A stretch of 64,000 nucleotides of DNA, taken from the NCBI GenBank assembly GCA_963693365.1, contig CAVNZM010000001.1:15679340-15743339 (forward strand), given 5' to 3'. The position numbers and the translations under genes are program-made. The notes beneath the pieces were generated by a model, which saw nothing but the letters and a program-made list of their open reading frames with translations, made no database searches and was not told where the DNA came from. Origin of the DNA: Amoebidium appalachense. Lineage: Eukaryota > Protista > Ichthyosporea. Shown piece after piece: positions 48,952-63,438 of the stretch. How positions within the stretch are numbered: position 1 is the first letter of the stretch; each line of letters begins with the position of its first letter.

Positions 48952-49833
48952 ACGTACACGTACACGCACACATACATGCACACACACGCGGGCGCACACA
49001 CATGCACACGTACACGCACACATAGAAGTACATCTGCTACATGAGAAGTAATATTAGGCAATGGAAAGACATTGGAGGGTGCACATTTAATGAACAAAAA
49101 GTGAATGACCTTTTTGAGTTGAGCACGTTGAGGAAGTTAAAATAGGAGCGTGGCCACGTGTGTTGGCATTTAGCACCTTCCAAATTTAGTAATTTTGGCC
49201 GCTTAACGTGTGTATGATCTGACGGGGATATCATTTTGACACATCTGGCGATCTATACTTTTATTCATTGGATAAGGCGGGAGCAGGAGGGAGGGTAGAT
49301 ATGAGGTGTTCGTGATATTTGCTATGGCCATGGTATGTTCGGCCACGATCTATAGTAGTTGAGATACGACAGGTATTATGCAGGCATAGATAGTTAGCTC
49401 GATGTTATTTTACGGTACTTCTGTTTGTGATATATTGGATAGTGGGGCCCTAATTCACCTGCGAAAAGGTTCTGACGCTGGAACCCAGGTTGACTGAAGC
49501 AGGAAATCTCTGCAAGTAGCATATGATTAGTGTGATAGTGGTTTGTTAAATTGAAATTTCGTTGGTGCATGTCGGCTGCTGGCTGGCTGGCTTTGACCAT
49601 TACAATTTACAATTTAGTTTATCTGGATATATCGGTTATTTCCGGATATGATGATGTGTCTGCCGCACGTGCGTGCACCTGTGCACAAGTTGTACGCTGT
49701 GTGCATTGATGATGGTACAAGATGCCATACTGGTCCTTTTGATATGTGCCTGTACCCAAGCCCCCGCACACCAGCTCATGAGGTATGCGCACGTGCTTGC
49801 AATTGTGTGCCACGGCGGTGTACACGTATTTGT

Positions 49834-49835
<2 letters not shown>

Positions 49836-49904
<69 letters not shown>

Positions 49905-50385
49905 GACACTGCGTGCCCGTGTGTGTGTGTACATATGTGTGTGTGTGTGTGTGTGTGTGTACGTGTGTGTGTGTGTGTGACATGTGCGAGGGTTTTATCC
50001 TTTTCCCCCCTCAACTTTTTGGTGACATGTGCTGGCCACGGGTTAGTGGCTCGCGCACGGGTACTATGCATATGTGGATAGGGCACGTGGGTGTACAAGG
50101 TGGCCATGTTAAGCCGTGCCGGGTAGGGTGGCCAGGCAGCTTGTGGCCATGGGTCCAATGGCATTTTGTTGCGGAAACGATTTTTTTTTTTTTTTTTAAT
50201 TAAAGCCTTTGGGGTACACGATTTTTCGAACTTACGTGTTGTTCTCGATTCACCGTAATCATCCGCACATGCAGTAATCATCTATTTGCATCCATTACGT
50301 TTCGATTGGTGCCGGTTTATGGCATCATTATGTTCACTGTTGTGAGAGCCACGTGCACCCGCCAAACTTGCATGCACAATTGTCG

Positions 50386-50469
<84 letters not shown>

Positions 50470-50534
50470 GCACTGTGCGTGCCCGTGTGTGTGTGTACAT
50501 GTGTGTGTGTGTGTATGTGTGTGTGTGTGTGTAT

Positions 50535-50593
<59 letters not shown>

Positions 50594-50619
50594 GCACTGT
50601 GCGTGCCCGTGTGTGTGTG

Positions 50620-50653
<34 letters not shown>

Positions 50654-50660
50654 CTTGTGT
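49836..50660. repeat. Higher-order repeat: (GT)n blocks punctuated by a repeated unit
   Basis: tttggcactgtgcgtgcccgtgtgtgtgtgtacat unit at ~49900, ~50466 and ~50590. Confidence 0.7.
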
Positions 50661-50873
50661 CTCAGAAACCGTTGGCCAATGCCAGCAGGCAGAAGAATGA
50701 GAGAGAGCTCTAATATTAGCACCTATCTAATGCGACCGTCCTCCGAGATATGCACCTATTAAAGATGGCTGACCCGCCTGACATGTGTGTGTGTGTGTGT
50801 ACACGTGTGTGGGAGGGGCCCGGGGGGAGGGGGGGGGGGGGAGGGGGAGGGGGGGGAAGGAAGGGAGGGGAGG

Positions 50874-50906
<33 letters not shown>

Positions 50907-51186
50907 GGGGGGGGGGGGTGAAACACCGCACAAAAAGTTCATAATTGCGCCTCAGTCACGAGCCTCAGGGCCAACATTGTTAGCCAATTATGCGACACGG
51001 TTTACCACCAGTGCCGAGCCGTTTTCGGTAATTTGACGGAATATGCTAGCATGACCCAGAAGAGATGTGCGGACATGTTGGCTGGATTTAACCTCACTGG
51101 GCTGATTCCCGCACCCGAATGGGTTACTGAGACTAGCATCTGCAAAAATGCTACGTACTAGCTGCAAGTAAGTAAAATACTTCCCC

Positions 51187-51217
<31 letters not shown>

Positions 51218-51285
51218 AAAAAAAAAAAAACCCCGGGCCCCCATCCAACCCTAACACGTTCCCTCCTTTCATTTCCTCCTCCGGA

Positions 51286-51319
<34 letters not shown>

Positions 51320-51428
51320 CTCCCCCCCTCCTCCCCCCAACCACTACTACCAACCTTCCCCCAACACCTTCTACTTTGTGTCGGCCATAGATGCATAGAC
51401 ACCAAAAAACCGCCGTCTTCCTCAAGTC

Positions 51429-51471
<43 letters not shown>

Positions 51472-51912
51472 CCCCCCCTCCTCCCCCCTGGTTTCCCAAC
51501 CGCACCTTTCCCCCTGGCACCCCGCAAACGGGAAGAAACAAGGAGAAAGAGATAACAACTTGAATTAAACAGACAGACAGACAACCTGATCTCAAAAGTA
51601 AACTCTTTTGTAAATACTGACAACCAAAGCAAAACCTTGAAGGGACTACGTTTGCAACCATATGGTTGCGGGCAGTCCGCGTCCGCCACCCTGCTAAGAC
51701 GCTTAAACACATTGCTGGCGATTTGACTGGCTGGGGAATCGTTTTTAATTCTAATGTCACACGAGGAAGGCGCGATGTGGAAAATGGGGTTGTGGTGCGC
51801 GGTGTGAGGGAGGCCGGGGATGAAGAGACCGGTGGGCTCACTGTGCAGTATGGGAGTGGGGCCGGGGTGTACAATCCCTAAGCGGCGGTTGAAAAGAGTA
51901 CACTGGACATGC

Positions 51913-51959
<47 letters not shown>

Positions 51960-52422
51960 CGCGTGTATGTGTGTATGTGTATATGTATATGTGTGCCGTG
52001 TGTGTGTGTGTGTGTGTGTGTAGGTGTGTGTGTGTGTGTGTGGCGCTTGCACACATGCACGACCACAAATGCTCGCCATTTTTATATATATCCCCCCCCC
52101 CCCCCCCCCCCCCCCCCCTCCCCCCCCCTCTTCCTCCCCTCCCCTCCGCCCAGCTAGGCCTCACCATCGGCCACCCATTAATACTGAGACACCAAACATT
52201 GAAAGAGAAGGGAATGAACAGTACTGGCACTAGCACCCACACTGTGCACGCGTGACAAATACACAAGTGCAAGCGCAAGTACGTGCACAAATTCCAAGCA
52301 CATGTTTACTGACTTGGAAATACTACTACCAAAACAACACCATACCATGATGCCCAACGATGTTGACCACACAGCAAAATTTATAAATACGACAACACAC
52401 AGCAACGTACAACACCCGCTGG

Positions 52423-52453
<31 letters not shown>

Positions 52454-52498
52454 GCACACACACACACACCGGCAAACATGATACATCGATGATCATTC

Positions 52499-52532
<34 letters not shown>

Positions 52533-53524
52533 CGCATCTGCTCTGCTCCTAACCCCCCCCCCCCCCCCTCTTCCCCCCCCCCCCCCCCCAAAAAAAAAAA
52601 AAAAAAAAAAAAGAAAGAAAGAAAGAAAGAAAGAAAAGCACACACACACACACACGTACACCGGCACTTATGATACACCGATGATAAGCTCCTCCCCGCC
52701 CCCTCCCCCCACTCCCCTCCACCACCACCCTCCAAACCACACATACACACACTCTCTCTTACCCCCCTCAAGGTGCAGAGTACAACCACACCGTCATCCG
52801 CAACCACCGCCACCCCCCCACCTGCTTTACTCTTTTGTAGCGGTCCTTATAGCCTTGGCCTCGATTGCCTAATAAGGAAAGCATCCATATATGGTAATAG
52901 GTGAACACGTTTGAAGGGCTCGAGCTCATATCATATCAAGTTCACGGTACATGTTGCAAGCCACAACTCGGTACCCAATCTTACATGTGGGGGGTTTTAA
53001 TGTGGTTGTTTATGCCGTTGCTGTTGTAATTGCCTATTAGGTGATAGTTGCACCACAGACTTTTTTTTAACCGTTTTTTTTTTTCATAAGGTTTGGTCTA
53101 GTGGGAAAAGTCTCTTTTAAATACTGGGATACTTAATAAGGATCATTTCATGCCAGTGCACTCAAGGAACTGTAGCACCATCAGAGTGCCAGTTGCCGTC
53201 TATGTGAATGCTTAGTGTTTGCTCCTCTTGTATCGATCTGTTACAAGTACAGTAACTGTTAATGATCCCTGTAACTGTTGGGTGAACTGCAATATTTCTA
53301 TTGACTCTGCATAGTTCTACTAGCATAGTACTTGTATTAGTTTGATTAGTGACTGCAATGTGACTGTAGGTGTAAATTTAGAGTATGGTAAGCACGTGTT
53401 TACTAAAAAAATGCCGTGTGTCGGTTCTAAATTATCTAGTGTGAGGCCTTCCAAAGGCATGTACATGTGTGTGGGTATGTGTCCACATGTCTGCGTGTGT
53501 AGTGTGTGCGCATGTGTGTATGTG

Positions 53525-53555
<31 letters not shown>

Positions 53556-53607
53556 TGGTGTGTGTGTGTATTTCTTTAATGTGTGTGTGTACTACGTTTG
53601 TTTTTCA

Positions 53608-53639
<32 letters not shown>

Positions 53640-53759
53640 CGGGCGTTGTTTACTGGTCATGGTGCGTGTGCATGCATGTGCGTGCATATGTATGTGTCCG
53701 AGGCTGTACCGATGGTGTGTACGTGTCACAGCCCAGTGTGTGCATGTGTGTGTGTCCGT

Positions 53760-53790
<31 letters not shown>

Positions 53791-54638
53791 CAAGGCCTAC
53801 ATGGGCTGTCAGTTGTGAGATTACAGAGCTGATGATGATTTGATCCCATTTCCAACCCCCCCCCCCCCCCCCCCCACCAAAAAAAACACACACACACACA
53901 GACACACACACACACACACACGGGCGGACGGGAAGCGGGGAGAGGGGAAGAGAGAAAGAGAGAGAGAGACAAGGGGGTATAAAGAACAGTTTATTATGGA
54001 CTCACCTGCGAGACCTCATCAGGTGCGGCGGCACCAGGCCCACAGTATCTGTACCCAACAAGATACAAGGCTAGATAACCATTGTGGATATACCCAGATA
54101 CATATCGTATTATGGCATATTGGGATGATATAATGGTTTGCACAACAATCCGACGATTCATTTGTTATAGCATGAAATCTAACCCGGTAAACTCAAGGTT
54201 TTCTTTATTTTTATTATATAATTACGTAGTTTTTTTCGATCGGGACTTCAGACAGGGGTAAGAACCGTAAATTTAATAAACAGTGGATCCTTTTTCACTG
54301 ACGCCGCTGTGGATACAAGTGACAACACCAAGTCTTAGGCATCACAAGAGTATCAAATGTGGCAGAAAAACTGGGCATCTGGCTGGAAATGTGTTCATAA
54401 AAAACTGCAGGGGTCTATGGCCTCCAGGCCTACCCCCTCCCCCCCCCAACCCCCCCCCCCACCCACCCACCCACCCATTCCCCCTCCACTTCCATCCCCC
54501 TCCCCTCCCCTCCCCTCCCCTTAAATGTGGTATTCCGGGTCTGGACGGAGGAAGATATATTTACCAATTTAATTTTTTTTCTTTTTTTTTTCTTTTTTTC
54601 TGGTTGGTTGGTTGGTTGGTTGGTTTTGGGCCGGGGCA

Positions 54639-54678
<40 letters not shown>

Positions 54679-54794
54679 GAGGGGGTCTCAACATGCATAT
54701 CGGGGAAAGAGAAAGAAGGGGTTTCGGAGCCGGGCAAGGGCCTGAAACGGTCATACTGGGAGGCTGCTTGATAGCCGCAGTAGCTGGTAGGTGG

Positions 54795-55346
<552 letters not shown>

Positions 55347-57666
55347 CAGGGAGACCCTTGCGAACAGAATAACCGGAGAGAGACGGCAAGAGACGAGAAA
55401 CCTGGCCAAAGAACTAAGGGAGTGTAGAGAAACCGCAAAAATGAGATGATGAGGGAACGGCAGCCAATGTAGTACAATGTTGGTAGCGATGGAAGATGGG
55501 AGGCGACAAAAAGGACGAGGGGGAACGGTGAGGAAGAGAAAGGCTACATATGGGCAGGGTTCAGGATGGTAGACGGGGATGGGTCATTATAGCAGCAGCA
55601 CAACTTCTAACCCAGACAATAATTATGACGCTAGAAGGCTCTTATGCTGGCACATGATGATGATAACGCTGATGGTATATACCAAGCAAAAACCCCTACA
55701 TACCTGAGACTGGTTCCTCTTGTGCCTCGAGCAAACAGAATAAGAATAATGATGTGCGAACCATGCAGTCCGAGATCATGCCCATGTTGTTCATTATTAG
55801 GTCCGATGATAATGGCTTCATGGATCATTTTCCACTCGTCGATGAAAAATCCAAACGTATTTCTTCTTATTTCGTGTTCATTCCACTAGAATATGTGAAA
55901 GAGGTATATCATGTGACACGGCCATCTGTTTCTAGATGGCCGTGATCATGTGAACAGGATCTTCTCTCTTATAAGTATAGCTATTTATAGCTGGTCCCAT
56001 GGTTGCGGCCATTGCCTGCATGGCTTACACACCATCACACCAAAATTATCCCCGGGAATGTAGCCTTTCGATGGATTCAAGATGCTAAAAACATAGGTAA
56101 CAAGAACGAGAAAGAGCTATAAAAATTATACGTAGGCTTCATGTTTTCTTTGCTTTCAAACCCCGGGCCCCCTCTGTTCACTGAGCTGCATAGGCCGGGC
56201 TTTTTTTCAAACCCTTTCTGCGACCGTCACCACATGGGTGTTCTAAACACCAACATGACTTTTGTGGGGCCGATGACTTTACAAAACATATAAGGCCAAT
56301 CAAAAAACCTATTACAAAGATTATATCTGTAACCATCAATTAGTAATCAGCTGTGCTGTGGTTAAATGACCGTTCGGGAACCCGCCTTTTTTTCGTTGCA
56401 CCTTGGTTGCAAAGTGGCCGCCAGCTGGTGTGAAAAGGTCAGAAACTACGAGCGCGAGAGAGAGAGGTTGAGTTGGGACGTCTGCTTGTTCGCTATACTC
56501 GAGATAACAGGTAAGAAGAGGGGTTTGTTATGAAAGATCCTTTGTAGGGCTTTTATTAACACATGTAACAATGTTCCGCGTGTTTTGCTTGCTTGCTGTA
56601 GTCTTTTTTGTTCTGTGCTCAACCATGTGTTTAGGTCTTCTAGCACCTCGACATGCTGGTTGTCTCGTGAGGGAATAATAGTTGGGAACACGAGAATAGC
56701 AGTGCATAGTGGAGGAAAATGTCAAATGTTAATACCTACGAAAAGGGCACAGAATTTTGCTTTTTCTTAGTTGGAATAAGCATCCAACTCCCGGTTCCTC
56801 CAACCTTTCCTGCACAACATATAGAACACACATACACGCGCACATACATGGCACGCACCACGTACACGCGCACAAGCACATGCACACGCACATACCCCAA
56901 AACCTCTCCTACACACATACACAGTGTGAGAGAGAGTTGGGGAGGGGGGGGGGGGGGGGGGAGTGTGTTTGTGTGTGTGTGAGTTACGGAGATGCGCACC
57001 CGCAACACACACACACACAAAGAGAGAGAGAGAGAGATACACACAGTTCATACTCTGCATACACACAAGCAGTTAATTGCTTTCCTTGCATTTCTTAATT
57101 TCACCTACCTTCCTGCTCTGGGCTTTGTCAGTTGCTGTTAGCTAGCCCTTGGCTGTCTTTGTTGAGTTCAAGCTGTGAAAGGGGGTTAAGATGTGACTCC
57201 GGTTCCATGAAGATGTGGGTAACGAGAGAGATTGAGTCCTGGTTGCAAAAGGGAGGTGTGTGGGTGTGATTTGGGGAGAGGGGGGGGGGAGAGGGGGAGG
57301 GAAGGGGAAGGAGATCCAGCAGCGTGTTGGGTAGGCACAGCATGTTGAATGAGGATGTTGTGGTAGTGGGCTGCACCTTGCTTAGCTTCATGACCTGGAT
57401 TCTTTTATTTGTTGATCTCGAAAAAGGGAACGAAAAGGAATGCTGAGTGTGCAAAAAATTATCCCTGAACGCAGAAAAGAACAGCAAAAGAAGAAGAAAC
57501 GAAAGGAAGGACGCAAGGAGGAAGGAACCCGGAATTGCACAAAGAGAACGAAAGACGAGCAAGAAAGGTAAGAGACGCAGAAAACAAGGAAGATCACGAA
57601 CAGGGCCACAAACCAGAAGTAATCAACAGAACGGAAAAGACGGAAATATCAAGACAGTAGACCAAC

Positions 57667-58548
57667 ATGGCATACACTCCCCTCCCATCCAGGCGCCCTG
57701 AGCGGGTGTGCAGTTTCTACGGTACTGCCATTGGATGCCGCAAGGGGCCAGCCTGCCCCTTCCTCCATCTCTCCGAGCCTCATGACCCGCGCGATCTCTA
57801 CCCTGCAGCCGGCGTCCCGTATGCCCCAGCAGGGGTTTATGGGGGATATGGAGCTACGGCGGGGACCTACGGGGTGCCTGCAGGGGGGTATGGGGCACCA
57901 GCCCCTGCCTCCGATGCAGGCACACGCACGTGCACGTATTGGGCGGAGAGGGGGTTTTGCAGAAAGGGGGGACGCGTGCCCGTTCTCCCACCTGGGTGCT
58001 CCCGGGGGCGTTGCCGGTGTAGGTTCACGCAGGGAGTCGCTTTCCAACGGGGGTGAGGCAGCCGTGTGCACGTTCTGGGCGGAGAGGGGCTCGTGCAAGA
58101 AGGGTGACACGTGCAACTTCTCCCACGCCGGAATGCCGGGATCCGCACGTGTCCCTCCCCCACGCGCCGTGGCCGGCTATCCATATGCCGCCGTAGGCAC
58201 TCTTCCGTATGACCCCCTGTCCGCTATGGCTCCCTCTCCCTACGCTGCTCTCCCCATGGCTGTGGGGGGTGGGCGGCCAGGGTTTGCGCCGATTCTTCCT
58301 GCCCCGCGCGCCAAGTTCTGTTCGTTTTACAACGAGGGGAAGTGCAAGAAGGGGCCGCAGTGCGACCATCTTCACGTTGTGATTCTTGCCGATGACGCGC
58401 CCATGCCCGAGCGTAGGGTGTGTGCGTACTTCAAGGAGGGCACGTGCAAGAAGGGCAATCAGTGTGACCATCTGCACGTGGTGCGCGAGCGCGAGAAGGA
58501 GGAGGTACATAATCCCCCCTCCCCCCCCCCCCCCCCCCTTCCCCAAAT

Positions 58549-58580
<32 letters not shown>

Positions 58581-58982
58581 AAAAACACACAATCCTTTCC
58601 CCTCCCCCCCACTCTTCCTCCAGCCCGCCCCCGTCCCCCCCGAGGATGGTCTCGGCTTATGGTGTGCATTCTTTAAGTGTGTGTTGCAAATTTGTAATCT
58701 GGTGTCCGTCGTGAATGTGTACTTTGCACTCTGGAACGCATGCTCAACCCCCCCCCCCCCCCCCCCCCCCCCGCCCCCGGGGGCGGCCCTCCTTCCACCC
58801 CACCCTGATACAGAGAAGGAACGGCACTCATACATGCATTCATGGCATCCTCCTTGTTGTTCTCGTATTGCTGATATGTTGTTTCCATCGATCCTCCTGT
58901 TCTGATTTGATGCACACCGGCTGTGAGATGTATGCTGCTTGTAGATATGTGCCGTTTCCTTTTTTGCTCTCAGTATTCTACT

Positions 58983-59019
<37 letters not shown>

Positions 59020-59181
59020 CGCCCGCGCGGCCTCTGCAAGCCGCCCCCTGGGGTCCCGTTGTCTTCTGGCCCCTACGCCTTTTATCCTCGGAGTTTGCAT
59101 GAGTTTGGTTATGCCATGGTTCTGACTTGCGACAATTGCCGAATGTCCATAGCATACTAATATTAGGGGGAGGGGGTGTGT

Positions 59182-59212
<31 letters not shown>

Positions 59213-59308
59213 GGGGGGGGCGAGGACCAAAAGCCCGGAAAAGAAGCTGGTGTGGGATCGTGTGTAGATCGGGGTCCATGAGTGAAAAGTTGAAGAATGT
59301 TATGCTAA

Positions 59309-59347
<39 letters not shown>

Positions 59348-59561
59348 GTGGAGAAGCGCATTGAGAGATGCATGGCCGAGCGGCTGGAAAAGGTCTGCCC
59401 GTTCTTTTGGAGTGCCACGTGCAAGAAGGGCATGGCCTGTGGTATGTACATATGCACGTACACCTGCACACACATGTGCAAGAATGGGCACGCAACTACG
59501 TCGATACAGACACACCAGCACTATTCCCCCTCCCCCCTCCCCTCCCCCCGGTACACACACG

Positions 59562-59593
<32 letters not shown>

Positions 59594-59857
59594 CACACAC
59601 ACACAGAGACACACACACTCTCTCTGTGCTTTGCACTCCGCATTGTGTTGTCGGTCGTGAATGTAGCCATACTTGTAATGTATCCTAACCTCCCGCTCCC
59701 CTTCCCCACTTGGGCCCTCCCTGAGGATGGGCTCTGCTTATGACGCATACTGTGCGCATGGCTGATGTTGCATACTTGAATGTTTGCCTTTGCATGTGTC
59801 CTGCACCATGCTTCTCATCGTGTATGCGTACTTCGTACCGTGTTCCGCATTCAAACC

Positions 59858-59888
<31 letters not shown>

Positions 59889-60197
59889 AAAAAAAAAAAA
59901 AAAAGAAGAAGAAAAAAGAAAAACCAAAAACTAATACGCGATCTGGGCTCTCCGGGTATGGGGGTGCTGCTTGTATTGCACTTTGTCCTGTCCTGCCTTT
60001 CCTTTCATGGTTTTTTATGTTTCTTCTTTGTTTATTTAGGTGTTCCGTGTTCTGTCGTGTATATCAAACCCCCCCCCCCCCCCTCTTTCTTTGAGGATGG
60101 GCCCTGCTAATGATAACACTCCTTCGTCTGTACTTTGCAAAATTTGCATTTTCTTGTCCATCGTAAATGTGTACTTCGTACCGTGTAACACATGCCC

Positions 60198-60228
<31 letters not shown>

Positions 60229-60853
60229 AAAAAAAAAAAAAAAAATCGCCCCGGCCCATGGGTCATGGCATGTTTCCGTACTCGTCAAAGTGTGCCTCAT
60301 GTTAGCTGATATCATATCCCGGTTTTCTTTTTCTCCTCCACACGTACCCTGCCAGTCAGTGTCTTGATTAATTACTTGTTCACTCACCATCTAGCACCTG
60401 CATGACTTTTTGGTCAATGATGCTGCGTACATTGTTTCTGCGCAGCCAATCATACTGACCACACTATGCACGTGCACGCAGACACGCTGCACCTTATGCC
60501 CCGGCAGCGTGCGCCTGCGGGTGCACGTGTGTGCCAGTACTTTGAGGCGTCCAGGGTGTGCAAGAAGAACAACCAGTGCGAGTTCCTGCACGTCGTCGAC
60601 AGGTGTGTGTGCCTGCTGGATTTTCTTCTCTCTTCACTCTTTTTTTTTTTTTTTGCCGGGAGGGGGGGGGGGGGGGGGAGGGGTCTTTTCTTTTCTTCTC
60701 TCCCTCCCACACCCCCGCGCCTCCATTTTTTTCCTGCCTTAGTTTTCATGTGTGCTGGTGGTAGGTGTTTGGGGGGGGGGGGGGGCTTTTTTGTTTTTTG
60801 TTTTCTTGTTCCCCCCTCCCCCCATCCCCCAAATCACCACACACACACGCACG

Positions 60854-60888
<35 letters not shown>

Positions 60889-61289
60889 TCTCATGCATGA
60901 ATGTGATCTTGGTACTCTGTTACACATGATCCCCCCCTCCCCCCCTCCCCCCCGGGGCAACCCACACACCCACCCACACCCACACAACACATCGGCCCCC
61001 CTCTGAGGATGGGTTCTGCTTTTGTTGTTTACTGCACACGTTGCTGATGATGCATACTTAAACAGTTGCTTTGGAGTGTGTGTGGATGTCTGAATGTAGT
61101 TGTTACAGTATTCAAGGCTAGATTTACATGCCCTTGCCAAATTTAACCTTATACAGACCCACATCCGACATGCCTCTGGACATTGGGTTCCTGAGCAACG
61201 GGGGGTCCAAGAAGAGGGAGCTGGAGGAAGACTTGGATGACGTGGGGGGCAAGAGGGCACGCCATGACGAGGACGAGGACGTGCTGTGA
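57667..61289 (+). CDS. CCCH-type zinc-finger protein, 7 fingers (~394 aa, 4 exons); apparent +1 frameshift at G-run 57966-57971
   Basis: Exons 57667-58504, 59348-59441, 60482-60602, 61157-61289. Seven C-x7/8-C-x5-C-x3-H fingers (e.g. CSFYGTAIGCRKGPACPFLH, CAYFKEGTCKKGNQCDHLH); finger 6 is split by a phase-1 intron. C-terminal bipartite NLS-like KKRELEEDLDDVGGKRAR. Confidence 0.88.
58640..58748 (+). repeat. Diverged copy of the C-run-associated element
   Basis: cgaggatggtctcggcttatg..gttgcaaatttg..gtcgtgaatgtgtacttt..cgcatgctcaa followed by poly-C. Confidence 0.6.
59708..59855 (+). repeat. Dispersed C-run-associated short element, copy 4
   Basis: acttgggccctccctgaggatggg...ccgcattcaaa followed by poly-C then poly-A. 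Confidence 0.9.
60091..60195 (+). repeat. Diverged copy of the C-run-associated element
   Basis: tgaggatgggccctgctaatga..catcgtaaatgtgtacttcgtaccgtgt followed by poly-C. Confidence 0.65.
61001..61080 (+). repeat. Diverged partial copy of the C-run-associated element
   Basis: ctgaggatgggttctgctt..actgcacacgttgctgatgatgcatactt. Confidence 0.55.
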
Positions 61290-62204
61290 GTGTGTGCATG
61301 CACGTGTACACGTACAGACATGCACACACATGCACACACATACACACAGACACACACAGACACATGTACAGGCACACACACATAGGCATGCACACGTACG
61401 GACGCACACGCACACGTACACACACGTACATGGACACAGGCATGCAAACATGCAGAGAGGGAGATAGGTAGAGGGGGGGGAGGAGAGAGAGACACACACA
61501 CACAATTACTCGCACTCACTACACTCGAACATGCGCACAGACACTCACATTGTGACAGATGTGGCACCGTGCCTCACAGGTTTACGGCCTGGGTGAGCGT
61601 GCGAGCCTGAAGTTACTAGATGTGTAGTTATGCTCTTGTAACCGACTGGTGTAGGAGTGTGCATATGCTTATGATCGGGAGCATTATCGGCTACATGTGA
61701 TGACTTTGCTACTACTAACTAGTATGATGTAATCGTCTGTGGTGTAGTTAGGATAATCTGATTTTGTATTCCGAGGCATCGCTGGCAGTAGTGTGTTAAG
61801 AACTAGGATTGACCCGCGTAACACTACATTAATATTGTCAGAAGTTCCACACAATGTACATGTAATAAATGGATCACCTCGAGTTCAGTCGAGTTTATTA
61901 AAGTGTGTGTGTGTTGTTGTTGAAGGTGTTGATGGAGAGGCTTTCTTTAATTAGAAAGATGTCAAACAGACACGGTGGCACAGACAGGGTTAAGAAAGAA
62001 CGGTGGATGATAAACAAAAGATTAGTGATACCCCTAGTCTCCTCCGGGCCCCCTAAACATGTCACACCCACTGTCACATCACTGATGATGTGTTTCCATG
62101 ATACCTCTCTCCCTGAAGCCCTGAGCCATCGTGATGGTTCTGTTCCTCCCCCTCCCAGGCTCTTCCGTTTGTGCTCTATTATCTCTCTAGTTCGAGCTCT
62201 TCCT

Positions 62205-62236
<32 letters not shown>

Positions 62237-62400
62237 ATCCCTCTCTCCCTCTCGAGAGCTCTCGTATTGCAAAGGCTTCCCCCTCACCCTTTCTCCCTCT
62301 CTGCCTGTCTTCTCCTGAATGTCCACACACTCTCTCTCCCCCTCCCTCCCTCTCTGTCTCTCTCCCCGAACCTCTCTCCCTCCTTCCTTCTCTCTCCCTC

Positions 62401-62437
<37 letters not shown>

Positions 62438-62596
62438 CCTCCCCCCCCCCCTCTGCGGCACGGGCCTCTCTCAGGCTGTCTCTCTCTCTCACTCTCCCCC
62501 CGGCCCCCCTCCCCCCGCCTTCTCTCCCACTCTCCCCCTCTCTCTCCCTGCCTGTCTTTTAAGAATGCTTTCCGAGGCTCCCTCCCTCCCTCCCTC

Positions 62597-62630
<34 letters not shown>

Positions 62631-62645
62631 CTCTCTCGCTCTCTC

Positions 62646-62684
<39 letters not shown>

Positions 62685-62816
62685 GATCGCGAGCTGTCTC
62701 CCCCCCTCCCCCCCCCCCCCCCCCCCCCCCCGTCTCTGCCTCTCTCTCTCTCTAATAATATTAGCTTTCTCTCTCTGAGTCTCTCTCCGTTTCTCTCTCC
62801 GAGGCTCTTGCCCCTA

Positions 62817-62848
<32 letters not shown>

Positions 62849-63276
62849 CTCTCTCTCTCCCCCAGCCCGCCCCCCCTCTCTCACTCACTCACTCTCTTTC
62901 TTTCTCTCTCTCTCTCTCCCTCCCTCCCTCCCTCCCTCCCTCCCTCCCTCCCTCCCTCCCTCCCTCCCCCCCCTCCCCCCCCCCCCCCCCCCCCCCCCCC
63001 CCACCTCCCGCGGCTCTCGACTCTTATCATCTATTTATTCTTCCCTTCTCTCTATATCATCTATTTTTCTTATTCATCTCTTTTATCTCATCTATTTATT
63101 ATTATTTACTTCTCTTTCCGTATATCATCTATTTATTCTTCCCTTACCTCTTTATTATTCCATTTATTCTTCTCTTTATATCATTTATTTATTCTTCCCT
63201 TCTCTTTATATTATCTATTTAACTTTATTTCTCTCTTTATGTCATATATTTATTCTTAATACTAATCCAAATTTAA

Positions 63277-63350
63277 ATATAAATAGATCAGTTAGTTAGA
63301 TCATCAATTTGTGGAGTCTAAGGTTAATGGTTCAAGTCTAGTTCCTTAGT
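63277..63350 (+). pseudogene. Degenerate tRNA-His(GTG)-like sequence
   Basis: D-arm GATC-agttagtta-GATC, anticodon loop TTGTGGA, T-loop ggTTCAAGT; acceptor and anticodon stems damaged. Confidence 0.5.
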
Positions 63351-63364
63351 TGTTTGACTTTAGA

Positions 63365-63438
63365 AGGTATTTAGCTCAAAGAATAAAGCATTGATTTTTT
63401 TAATTCAGTGGCTGTAGGTTCAGATATTTTAATATCTA
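63365..63438 (+). pseudogene. Degenerate tRNA-Lys(TTT)-like sequence
   Basis: Acceptor stem AGGTATT/AATATCT, TAGCTCA..AAGC D-arm, TTGA-(T)7-AA-TTCAG anticodon arm, GTAGGTTCAG; the T-stem 3' side is broken. Confidence 0.55.

Noticed and set aside
51600-51915. GC-rich exon-like island among microsatellites
   Set aside because: No recognisable protein in any frame and no consistent partner exons.
55631-57400. Possible spliced gene upstream of the CCCH gene (donor-like site near 57108 on the - strand, short ORFs)
   Set aside because: Stops in all frames before the donor; could be a non-coding transcript but is unsupported.
57966-57971. Frameshift inside CCCH finger 2
   Set aside because: One extra G in a G-run; removal restores a perfect finger and a continuous ORF. 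Same error signature as in the PDE.
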